From Candidatus Spongiisociaceae bacterium (GTDB lineage: Bacteria > Actinomycetota > Acidimicrobiia > Spongiisociales > Spongiisociaceae), in the NCBI GenBank assembly GCA_965219685.1, contig CBDCOH010000002.1, positions 3,680,001-3,744,000 of the forward strand: 64,000 nt of DNA, read 5' to 3'. Every line of letters starts with the position of its first letter. Positions within the stretch are counted from its first letter, which is position 1. A model generated the notes under the pieces. That model was not told the DNA's origin, did no database searches, and saw only the letters and a program-made list of their open reading frames with translations. Below are positions 1-8,402 of the stretch, in pieces. A program made the translations under genes and the position numbers.

Positions 1-2
1 TG

Positions 3-215
3 ACCCTCATCTCCGAAGGCCACCTCGCCCAGCTTCTCATTGCCCAGGACGCCGCGGTGTCTCGCTTCTACAAGGCCTACGGCGGTCGGGGATTCGACTT
101 CATCGCCACCGAGTTCGTGGAGCGCCTGAGGGTGGCCGGTCTCTCCCGGGAGCAGATCGACATCCTGACGGTCCTGAACCCGCGTCGCATGCTGACCGGC
201 GAAGACCTTGGCTGA
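3..215 (+). CDS. Phosphotriesterase-like (PTE/Php) amidohydrolase, C-terminal part (truncated by window edge)
   Basis: Manual translation of frame 3 gives ...QLLIAQD...YGGRGFDFI...LRVAGLSREQIDILTVLNPRRML..., matching the C-termini of the full PTE paralogs at 36077, 41556 and 50610. TGA at 213-215 overlaps the next start. Confidence 0.75.
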   Translation, partial: TLISEGHLAQLLIAQDAAVSRFYKAYGGRGFDFIATEFVERLRVAGLSREQIDILTVLNPRRMLTGEDLG

Positions 216-1044
216 GTCGGAGTCCGGATCCTCCGCGCCGGTCGCTCTCATCACGGGAGGGGCGGGGGGACTGGGACGGGCCGCCGCGGCGGTCCTGATC
301 GAAGCGGGGTACCGCGTTACCGTGGCCGACCTTGACAATGGGCGAACCACCTCGGCTGCCCGCTCGCTCGGAGGCGACGCGCTGGGCATCCAGTGCGATG
401 TCACGGATGAGGCAGCTATCCCGCGGACTGTCGATCTCACCGTCCAGCAGTTCGGCCGGCTCGATGTGCTTGTCAACACGGCGGGCACCATCGATCCGTC
501 CCCGAGCCACATGACGGGCACCGACGGGTGGAGTCGCCTCATCGATGTTCACCTCGGCGGGACGATGAGGATGTGCCAGGCTGCCTTCCCCCACCTGACA
601 CGTTCCCCTTTCCCGAGCATCGTCAACATCTCGTCGATAACCGCTCAGCGCGGGTTCCCCGCCCGCGCCTCCTACAACAGTGCCAAGGCCGCTATCGAGG
701 CGCTTACCAGGACACTCGCCGTCGAATGGGCCGTCGTCGGGATCCGCGTCAACGCGATTGCACCCGGATTCATCCTCACGCCGCTGGCCGAGGAGGCGTA
801 TCGGACGGGTCTGGCCGACCGTACCGAGCGAGAGCGCCTAGTCCCGCTCGGACGGATGGGGCGGCCGGAGGAGGTCGCGCAGGCCATCCGCTGGCTCGCC
901 ACGCCGGACTCCAGCTACGTCACCGGCCAGGTGCTGGCGGTCGACGGGGGGTATCTGGCAGACGGGAGAACGGGACCGGACCCCAACGTGTGGCAGGCGG
1001 ACCGACTCCGCGCCTACCACCCGAAAGTGGGCGGGACATCGTGA
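208..1044 (+). CDS. Short-chain dehydrogenase/reductase (SDR)
   Basis: TGGAGGLG Rossmann motif, YNSAK (YxxxK), NAIAPG and VDGG motifs. Confidence 0.92.
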   Translation: MAESESGSSAPVALITGGAGGLGRAAAAVLIEAGYRVTVADLDNGRTTSAARSLGGDALGIQCDVTDEAAIPRTVDLTVQQFGRLDVLVNTAGTIDPSPSHMTGTDGWSRLIDVHLGGTMRMCQAAFPHLTRSPFPSIVNISSITAQRGFPARASYNSAKAAIEALTRTLAVEWAVVGIRVNAIAPGFILTPLAEEAYRTGLADRTERERLVPLGRMGRPEEVAQAIRWLATPDSSYVTGQVLAVDGGYLADGRTGPDPNVWQADRLRAYHPKVGGTS

Positions 1045-2129
1045 GCGATCCTCGCTACCCGAGATCGCGTGTCACCGTCAAGCAGGTCGCGGAAGCCGCC
1101 GGCGTCGCCACCTCATCCGTGTCTCGCGTCTTCGCCCGACACCCGGACACCAGCAAGCGGATGCGCGCCAGAGTGCTCGAGGCGGCCGACAAACTCGGCT
1201 ACGAGCCGGACCTGCTGGCCCGGGGACTCAGGAGCGGACGGACCGCGACGGTCGGCTTCGTGGTGCGCGACATCTCGTCCCCGCTGTTCGGCGACATCGT
1301 CAAGGGCGCGGAGGTGAAGCTGAGGCGGGCCGGGTACTCCATCCTGCTCGCCAACTCGGACGGCGACGCAGACCTGGACACCGACCACATCCGCCTGTTC
1401 AACCGGCGCCGTGTGGACGGGCTCATACTCTCGCTCGAGTCGGAGTCCAACCCGTCCACCCTGCGAGCGCTGGAACATCTGCGCGTGCCGGTCGTGCTGC
1501 TCGACCGCGAGATCCCGAGTCTGCAAGGGCAACGGGTGACCGCGGTGTTGTGCGACCACCGGACGGGAGCGCGCGATGCTGTGAGCGAGATGATCTCGGT
1601 CGGGCACCGCAGAATCGCCCTGATCACGGGTCCCGAGACCATCCGTCCCTCGCGGGAGAGGCTGGCCGGGTACCTGGAAGCTCATCGCTCGGGCCGCCTT
1701 CCCGTGGTTGACGAGCTCATCCGGCTGGGCAGTCACAGCGAGCGGTTCGGTAGGCGGCAGACCCGGGACCTCCTCAGTAGCGCAGATCCTCCGACGGCAC
1801 TTCTGGCCGGAGGGGTCCAACTCGGGATCGGAGCGCTGAACGCGCTATCGGAGGTCGGGCTGGTTCCCGGGCCCCGGTTCAGTGTCACGGTGAGCGATGA
1901 CATCCCTGCTCTGAGTCTGCTCTCGCATCCGTTGGCCCTGATCCGTCGGGATCGGCACCGGATGGGCGAAGCTGCCGCCGGATTGATGCTTACCATGCTT
2001 CAGGACGAGGGGAGTCTCCCGGATCCCGTGTCCGTACCGACCGTCTACCTTCCGGGTCAGTTGGTTGCGCCGGTCCCTGGCACAGTGACGATGCTCGATG
2101 ATCCTCGTGAGGGAGGTAACCCGCAATGA
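1041..2129 (+). CDS. LacI-family transcriptional regulator
   Basis: HTH VTVKQVAEAAGVATSSVSRV, ARGL hinge and periplasmic-binding-protein-like C-domain. Start taken at GTG 1041 (GTGA overlap with SDR stop), not the track start at 528. Confidence 0.92.
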   Translation: MSDPRYPRSRVTVKQVAEAAGVATSSVSRVFARHPDTSKRMRARVLEAADKLGYEPDLLARGLRSGRTATVGFVVRDISSPLFGDIVKGAEVKLRRAGYSILLANSDGDADLDTDHIRLFNRRRVDGLILSLESESNPSTLRALEHLRVPVVLLDREIPSLQGQRVTAVLCDHRTGARDAVSEMISVGHRRIALITGPETIRPSRERLAGYLEAHRSGRLPVVDELIRLGSHSERFGRRQTRDLLSSADPPTALLAGGVQLGIGALNALSEVGLVPGPRFSVTVSDDIPALSLLSHPLALIRRDRHRMGEAAAGLMLTMLQDEGSLPDPVSVPTVYLPGQLVAPVPGTVTMLDDPREGGNPQ

Positions 2130-3268
2130 TCCGATTCCCTGTCCCGGTAACCGTCCGCTCCGTCGATGTGGCCATGGTGCGGGGTGCCCTCCCCCAACCC
2201 ATCCGGTTCGGAAACTGGCTGATGACGTACCGGGACTTCGCGCTCGTTCGAGTATCGGTGGAAGAAGGGGCGGACGGGTTCGCGTTCACGCTGACACGGA
2301 ACGGTCCGGTTACCGAGGCGGTGCGAATCCTGCGTGACTCCTACGTAGGTCTGACCGTCGAGTCGCCCGCAAGCGCGTTCACCCGGGCTTGGAGCACCAA
2401 CCCGATGAGCCTGTCCAGCGGTGTCGGTTTGCGTGCCCTGTCCTTGGTCGATCTCGCCCTCTGGGACGCCGCCACCAGGACTGCCGGCGTGTCCGTCGCC
2501 GAGGTTCTGGGAGGCCGCCCGGGGCCCGTCCCGGTCACCGCGATCGCGGGGTACCCGCCCACGATGGAACCCGAGGGAGTTCGTCGCCAGGTCGCAGCGC
2601 TGTGGGAGGCAGGTTGGCGGCGCTTCAAGATGCCGGTCTCTGCGACATGGCAGGAGACCTACGACCGGCTGGCCGCGGCGAGAGATGCGGCGCCGTCGGC
2701 CAGGCTGGCCCTCGACGCGGCCTGGACCCTCAGGACGGTGTCCGATGCGGTCGAGTTCTGCGAAGGGTTGCCGGTCGAACTCGAGTGGTTCGAAGACATG
2801 TTCCTCCCCGGCGACGCCGCTCAACTTGCGGAACTGCGGAGCGCTATCGACATCCCTATCGCGGTGGGTGACGAACAGGGGGGTTCCTACTACCCGGAGG
2901 CCCTGCTCCAAGCCGGGGCGGTTGACGTCGTGAGGCTGGATGCCACATGCATGGGCGGCGTGACCCGCTTCGTGGAGATGGTCGGCAAGGTCCGGCAGGC
3001 TTCGGTGAGCCCGTCTCCCCACATGAACGCCCACGTTCACTCATCGCTCCTGAACGGCCTCGGTATCGCGGACGTAGCGGTCGAATGGGGCGTTCCCGGG
3101 AGCGGGGTGGACCCCTTCGCCGACTCGCTCCGGCAGCCGGTGGTCAAGGACGGGTACATGGAGCCGCTGGGGTCGGGTCCCGGTTTCGGCGCCCTTGTCA
3201 ACCCCGCGTGGCTCGCCGAGCAGGAGGTTGACGATCCCGAGGGTCTCGTTGCGAGTCTCTGCGGTTAG
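2126..3268 (+). CDS. Mandelate racemase/muconate lactonizing enzyme (enolase superfamily)
   Basis: SLVDLALWD N-domain, metal ligands in LDAA/WFED/GDEQ, C-terminal PGFG; ATGA overlap with the upstream gene. Confidence 0.85.
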   Translation: MIRFPVPVTVRSVDVAMVRGALPQPIRFGNWLMTYRDFALVRVSVEEGADGFAFTLTRNGPVTEAVRILRDSYVGLTVESPASAFTRAWSTNPMSLSSGVGLRALSLVDLALWDAATRTAGVSVAEVLGGRPGPVPVTAIAGYPPTMEPEGVRRQVAALWEAGWRRFKMPVSATWQETYDRLAAARDAAPSARLALDAAWTLRTVSDAVEFCEGLPVELEWFEDMFLPGDAAQLAELRSAIDIPIAVGDEQGGSYYPEALLQAGAVDVVRLDATCMGGVTRFVEMVGKVRQASVSPSPHMNAHVHSSLLNGLGIADVAVEWGVPGSGVDPFADSLRQPVVKDGYMEPLGSGPGFGALVNPAWLAEQEVDDPEGLVASLCG

Positions 3269-3348
3269 CCGACGATGCGGCACTCGCCGGTCTTGGGCAC
3301 CAAGGCAGCGAACCTCCGGGGAATACGGCTTTCTTGGGAGGTGTGAAC

Positions 3349-3837
3349 ATGCGGATCTTTGAGGCTCGGGATCGCCGCTTCGGCGGATACGTAGAGGATT
3401 ACGAGGTGGGCGATCTGTACCGGCACTGGCCGGGGAAGACCATCACGGACGCCGAGAACCATCTCTTCTGCCTGCTGACCATGGCGACCAGCCACCTGCA
3501 CATTGACGGGCACCACATGAAGACCTCCGACAGTGTCTTCGACCGCCCGGTGGTGGTGGGCTCGTATGTCTACTCGCTCCTGCTGGGGATGAGTGTCCCC
3601 GATATGTCGGGCCGGGCGCTGGCCAACCTCGGTACGACGGACCTTCGCCATGAGGCCCCGGTGTATCCCGGTGACACCCTGTACGGGGAGTCGAGCGTGA
3701 CGGAGGCGCGGCTGAGCAACTCGCGTCCGGACGCAGGTGTGCTCACCTTCGAGACGAGGGGTCGCAATCAGGACGGGGCGGTCGTGGCCAGGTACACCCG
3801 CTCGGTGCTCCTGCCCAGGCGCGACGACCATGGCTGA
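3349..3837 (+). CDS. MaoC-family (hot-dog) dehydratase
   Basis: GKTITDAENHLFCLLT..HLHID and PVYPGDTL motifs; GGAGG upstream of ATG 3349. Confidence 0.88.
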   Translation: MRIFEARDRRFGGYVEDYEVGDLYRHWPGKTITDAENHLFCLLTMATSHLHIDGHHMKTSDSVFDRPVVVGSYVYSLLLGMSVPDMSGRALANLGTTDLRHEAPVYPGDTLYGESSVTEARLSNSRPDAGVLTFETRGRNQDGAVVARYTRSVLLPRRDDHG

Positions 3838-4987
3838 ACAGGGACCCCTGTCCGATGTGCGGGTGATCGACATGGCGACGATCATCGCCGGACCCGGAGC
3901 CGCTCGACACCTCGCCGACTTCGGAGCCGACGTGATCAAGGTTGAGGCGCCGGGAGGCGACGCGACACGCAGGTTGGGTTGGACCGAACCCGGCGGCGAT
4001 GACTCCTACTTCTGGAAGATGGCGGGCCGCGGCAAGCGCAGCATCGTTCTCGATCTCAAACATCCCAAGGGTCATGAAGCCATGCTGCGTCTCGTCGACA
4101 CCGCCGACGTGCTGGTGGAGAACATGAGACCCGGGAAGCTCGAGGGACTGGGCCTGGCTCCGGACCTGCTCCACGAGCGCAATCGCCGTCTCGTGATCCT
4201 GAGAGTCACGGGGTTCGGCCAGAGCGGCCCCTACGCGTCCAGGCCCGCGTTTGCCACGCTGATCGAAGCGATGAGCGGTCTGTCCGCCATTAGCGGACTG
4301 GCCGACGGGCAGCCACTGCTTCCTCCGATACCCCTCACCGACGAGGTCACCGGGATACTCGGTGCCTTCTCGGTCATGGTCGCGCTCCGGCACGCCGAGA
4401 ACACCGGCGAGGGACAGGTCATCGACCTCAGCCTCCTGGAGTCGACCCTCCAACTCATGGGGCCCCTACCTTCCGCATACGCCCACCTCGGCTACCTGCA
4501 ACCCAAAATGGGAGCAGGCCTTCCCTGGACCGTGCCAAGAGGTACGTATCAGTGCTCCGATGGTGCTTGGGTTGCCCTTTCATGCTCGAATGACGCGGTT
4601 GCGGAGCGCGTGCTCAAACTCATTGGCGCCGCCGGGGATCCGCGCTTCGCCACCTTCCAAGCCCGCTTCAACAACCGTGACGATCTCGAAGCCCTCATCG
4701 TCGACTGGATCGCGGTTCGCACGAGCGACGAGGTGATGGGACGTTTCAGGGAAGTCGATGCAGCAATCGCACCGGTGTGCACCATGGCCGAAGTCTTCGC
4801 CGATGAACAGGTCCAGCACCGGAACGCAATCATCGAGGTAGACGGCGTTCAGATGCAGGGAATCGCACCCAGGTTGTCTTCGTCCCCTGGAGAGGTACGT
4901 TTCGCAGGCAGATCCCTGGGCGCCGACACGGCGAAAGTCCTCTCGGAGCTCGGCGTCGAAGTACCACCAGAAGTGAGTGGTGAGTAG
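3830..4987 (+). CDS. Family III CoA-transferase (CaiB/BaiF)
   Basis: LADFGADVIKVE, RGKRSIVLDLK, ENMRPG and GFGQSGPY motifs. Confidence 0.92.
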   Translation: MAEQGPLSDVRVIDMATIIAGPGAARHLADFGADVIKVEAPGGDATRRLGWTEPGGDDSYFWKMAGRGKRSIVLDLKHPKGHEAMLRLVDTADVLVENMRPGKLEGLGLAPDLLHERNRRLVILRVTGFGQSGPYASRPAFATLIEAMSGLSAISGLADGQPLLPPIPLTDEVTGILGAFSVMVALRHAENTGEGQVIDLSLLESTLQLMGPLPSAYAHLGYLQPKMGAGLPWTVPRGTYQCSDGAWVALSCSNDAVAERVLKLIGAAGDPRFATFQARFNNRDDLEALIVDWIAVRTSDEVMGRFREVDAAIAPVCTMAEVFADEQVQHRNAIIEVDGVQMQGIAPRLSSSPGEVRFAGRSLGADTAKVLSELGVEVPPEVSGE

Positions 4988-5040
4988 TGAGTGGTGAATG
5001 GTGAGTAGTGAATGGTGAATGGTGAATGGTGAATGGTGAG
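4973..5040 (+). repeat. Heptamer tandem array (GTGAGTG/GTGAATG/GTGAGTA) x9 plus partial
   Basis: Read directly. The CoA-transferase stop codon lies inside the array. Confidence 0.95.
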
Positions 5041-5052
5041 GTTCTAACCCAT

Positions 5053-5140
5053 CACGAGCCACCAGCCACCAGCCAGGCCAGAGGCCCTCGGATCCTGATG
5101 CGATGCCCGGTCGCCCCACAAGCCACAAGCCACAAGCCAC
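5053..5140 (+). repeat. Two short C/A-rich heptamer runs (CACCAGC and CACAAGC, about 3 units each)
   Basis: cacgagc-caccagc-caccagc and cacaagc x3; opposite base polarity to the preceding G/T-rich array. Confidence 0.75.
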
Positions 5141-5224
5141 CATCCCATTGACGGTGCTGAGTGCCCTAGGTAACGTCCTGAGGCGGTCACTTGTCCGCTG
5201 TGACCGCTGATCGGGAGGTAAGAC

Positions 5225-7480
5225 ATGGAGATCGTTGGCTACGCCGACAGGCTACGCGCCCAGCCGGGAGAGACCATAAGCTTCATGGTCAGTTGCCAGG
5301 CGCCGAGCTTCAAGGCCCAGTTGGTCCGGGTCGCCCACGGGGATGACAACCCCGACGGGCCCGGGTCCAAGATCTACGACCTCGACTCGGCTGCCAACGG
5401 CGAGTATCCCGGACGGTTCCAGAAGCTCAATCCCGGTTCTTTCGTCATGGTGCCTGACGACCCCCGCCTGCGGCTGGACGGGAGCTTTACCATCTCGGCG
5501 TGGATCTACCCGACCACCACCGGCAAAGGCCTCCAAGGTGTGGTGACCAAGTGGGACTGCCCGACCGGCGCCGGATACGGGCTGTTCGTCGACGAGGATG
5601 GCGCCGTCTCCTTGCGGGTCGGCGACGGCGGGAGGGTCGACACGGTCACCACCGGCGTGCCGATGCTGAACTCCAAGTGGTACTTCGTCGCCGGCACCTA
5701 CGACGCCGGCGACGGTTCGATGCGCGTCTACCAGACTCCCCTTGACCACTGGCCCCTCCAAGACACAGCCGGCGAAGCCGGAGCAAATGCATCGGAGGGA
5801 CCCGGCCGGACCGGCGCCGCGCTGGTGATCGGCGGCGCCAGTCGCGGTCAGAACACCGGCATCGGCACGGTGGGCTGCCTCTACAACGGCAAGGTCGACA
5901 ACCCGGCCATCCTCGGGCGGGCTCTCGCACCGGAGGAGATCGCGGCTCTCAGAGGCGATCGGTCGTCTGTGGCAGGCGACGCGGCGCTGGTCGCCGCATG
6001 GGACTTCGGGCGCGACTTCTCCACGTCCATCGTGACCGACGGCTCTCCCAACGGCCTGCACGGTGAGGCGCTCAACATGCCCGGACGGGCCGTCACCGGT
6101 CACAGCTGGAACGGTGGGGTGATGGACTTCAAACAGGCCCCCGACCAGTACGCCGCCATCCGCTTCAACGACGACGACCTCGACGACGCCCGCTGGGATG
6201 TGGACTTCGAGTACACGGTGCCCGAGGACCTGCGGAGCGCCATGTACGCGTTCCGGCTGACCACCGAGGACGCCGAGGACTACATACCGTTCGCGGTACG
6301 GCCCAGGAACGGGGAGCAGACCGCGAAGATCGCCTTCCTGCTCGGGACATATACCTTCCTTGCCTACGCCAACGAGCACCTCGCCAACAACCCGGTCATC
6401 ATCGAGTACCTGGAAGGCAAGGAGCTGGAGATCGAGTTCCCGCTCCTCCCGCACGAGCACTACATGGTCGACAACAAGCTGGGCGGCCTCTACGACCTGC
6501 ACACCGACGGCGGCGGGATCTGCTACTCGACGATCCGCCGGCCGATCGTCAACTTCCGGCCCAACAACAAGCAGCGGACGATCGGCGCCGGACTGGGCGC
6601 ACCGGTCCTGCTGTCGGCCGACCTGCACCAGATGGACTGGATGGAGAGCCAGGGATTCGAGTTCGACGTCATCACCGACGAGGACATCCACTTCGACGGC
6701 TTGGACATCCTCTCCGGGTACAACGTGGTGATGTCGGACGCCCATCCCGAGTACTGGACCGAGGACATGCTCATCGCCTTGGAGGCCTACCTCAACGCGG
6801 GGGGCCGGTTCATGTACCTGGGGGGCAACGGGCTCTACTGGATCACCTCGGTCGACCCCGAGCGCCCTCACGTCATCGAGGTGCGCCGTTGGAACGGCAC
6901 CGGTTCGTGGAGGACCGACTTCGCGGAGAGCCATCACAGCACCACGGGGGAGCCGGGCGGCCTGTGGAGATTCCGCGGCTGGGCGCCCCAGCGATTGGTG
7001 GGTGTCGGGATGACCGCCCAGGGCGGCACCGGCACCAACTCGGCCTACCGGCGCCTACCCGACAGCTTCGACCCGCGGGCTGCCTTCATATTCGAGGGGA
7101 TCGGGGACGATGAGGAGATCGGCGGCTTCGACACCCTCAACCTGGGCTGGGGAGTGGCAGGCTACGAGATGGACCGGGCGGACCCCGCACTGGGGACTCC
7201 TGCCCACGCCCTGGTCGTGGCCACGGCGACCGACTTCGACGACAGCTTCCACCATGTCGTCGAGGAGGTGATGCACATGAACTCCGAGCAGACCGGCACC
7301 ACCAACGACATGGTGCGGGCGGACATGGTGTTCTTCGAGTACCCGAACGGCGGAGCGGTCTTCACCACCGGTTCGATCGCCTGGAGCGCCGGCCTCTCCC
7401 ACAACGACTACGACAACAACGTGTCGCGCATCACCGCCAACGTGCTCAGGAAGTTCGCCTCCGACGACACTCTCCTCTAG
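5225..7480 (+). CDS. N,N-dimethylformamidase large-subunit family protein with LamG/concanavalin-like insertion
   Basis: GYADRLRAQPGETISFMVS start, LamG-like FTISAWIYP...WYFVAGTYD, FLAYANEH, LYDLHTDG, HPEYWT, YLGGNGLYW and GGAVFTTGSIAW. Confidence 0.85.
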   Translation: MEIVGYADRLRAQPGETISFMVSCQAPSFKAQLVRVAHGDDNPDGPGSKIYDLDSAANGEYPGRFQKLNPGSFVMVPDDPRLRLDGSFTISAWIYPTTTGKGLQGVVTKWDCPTGAGYGLFVDEDGAVSLRVGDGGRVDTVTTGVPMLNSKWYFVAGTYDAGDGSMRVYQTPLDHWPLQDTAGEAGANASEGPGRTGAALVIGGASRGQNTGIGTVGCLYNGKVDNPAILGRALAPEEIAALRGDRSSVAGDAALVAAWDFGRDFSTSIVTDGSPNGLHGEALNMPGRAVTGHSWNGGVMDFKQAPDQYAAIRFNDDDLDDARWDVDFEYTVPEDLRSAMYAFRLTTEDAEDYIPFAVRPRNGEQTAKIAFLLGTYTFLAYANEHLANNPVIIEYLEGKELEIEFPLLPHEHYMVDNKLGGLYDLHTDGGGICYSTIRRPIVNFRPNNKQRTIGAGLGAPVLLSADLHQMDWMESQGFEFDVITDEDIHFDGLDILSGYNVVMSDAHPEYWTEDMLIALEAYLNAGGRFMYLGGNGLYWITSVDPERPHVIEVRRWNGTGSWRTDFAESHHSTTGEPGGLWRFRGWAPQRLVGVGMTAQGGTGTNSAYRRLPDSFDPRAAFIFEGIGDDEEIGGFDTLNLGWGVAGYEMDRADPALGTPAHALVVATATDFDDSFHHVVEEVMHMNSEQTGTTNDMVRADMVFFEYPNGGAVFTTGSIAWSAGLSHNDYDNNVSRITANVLRKFASDDTLL

Positions 7481-7585
7481 TCCGATCGTCTGTTGGCTCA
7501 TACGTAGATGCGGCGCCGATGACGCGGTGGCCAATACGGAGTCCGGCTACGGCCGGCTGTAGTCCCGTGTGTCTCTCGCGTGGCC

Positions 7586-8151
7586 CTAATCAGCGCTATC
7601 AAGCCAGTGACACCAGAGAGACCGGCTGCTGATCGCAAGACGTTTCTTGTACTTGAAGGCCGGCGACCAAGCAGAGACTTCGACGCGGGCTGCGTCAAGG
7701 TCAACGACGGCTTCAAGCGCGGGAATGAGATCGGTGTCCGAGGACATCAGGATCCCAACATCGTATTCGTTCCGAACTGCCATGAGCACGAAGTCGACAG
7801 CGAGCGACACATCGACACCTTTCTCTTGGGGCTTCTCCCTCGGCCAGTTGTTCGGATATCGGAGGGGCCGAGTGACAACTTGGACGCCTTCAAGTCTGGA
7901 CCAAGCCGCCGACTGGCGTAGACAGGCTCGGTTCCCCTTCGGATCCTTCGTCGGGTCCGGAATCCCTCTGTACAGGCGTACACCCGCGAGGGTGCGCTCG
8001 AACGGACTCCCTTCGACCATCAGCCGACCGAGGGTGAGCGGATTGACTTGCCCCGCCCAGTGAGGAATCGTCGCCGTCGATGGATAGAACGCTTCAGAGC
8101 AGACATGTAGACGTTCTGGTAGTCCACGAACAGTACAACCCGATCAGCCAT
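7586..8151 (-). pseudogene. NYN-domain (PIN-like) RNase, frameshifted
   Basis: ATG 8151 reads MADRVVLFVDYQNVY. The downstream frame has QEKGVDVSLAVD and SSDTDLIPALE. Total span 566 nt (3n-1), with the shift near 8096-8100 (GCT CT GAA). Confidence 0.75.
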
Positions 8152-8198
8152 TATGTGGTCTCCGGTTAGCGCTTCCCGCGGCGGGTCTTACAAGATAA

Positions 8199-8237
8199 TC
8201 CCCACCAGTTCGGGTCACAGAACCCGAACGGTGGGGA
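8199..8237 (-). other. Long hairpin in the 5' leader of the NYN gene
   Basis: TCCCCACC-A-GTTCGGGT-loop CACAGA-ACCCGAAC-GGTGGGGA: a 16-bp stem with one bulge. Confidence 0.75.
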
Positions 8238-8248
8238 ACATTGACGCA

Positions 8249-8277
8249 AACATACCTGATCAATTCATACATGTCAA
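8249..8277 (-). promoter_or_regulatory. Sigma70-type promoter for the hairpin-NYN transcript
   Basis: Minus strand TTGACA (8277-8272), 17-nt spacer, TATGTT (8254-8249), in an AT-rich patch. Confidence 0.7.
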
Positions 8278-8402
8278 TTAGAACGCCCAGGCGAGGCGCG
8301 GCCGGGCGTGACGATGGCGGTGGCCATTGTGTAGGAGGTGTCGTTGCGAGTCCGACTGGATAACAACTGCGGGATTTAGGAGGTCGGTGTAGGGTGCGGA
8401 TC

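Noticed and set aside
528-1040. Long N-terminal extensions given by the ORF track (LacI from 528; also ORFs starting at 17045, 47853, 48589, 55804)
   Set aside because: They overlap neighbouring genes; downstream starts with RBS or stop-start coupling fit the family N-termini better.
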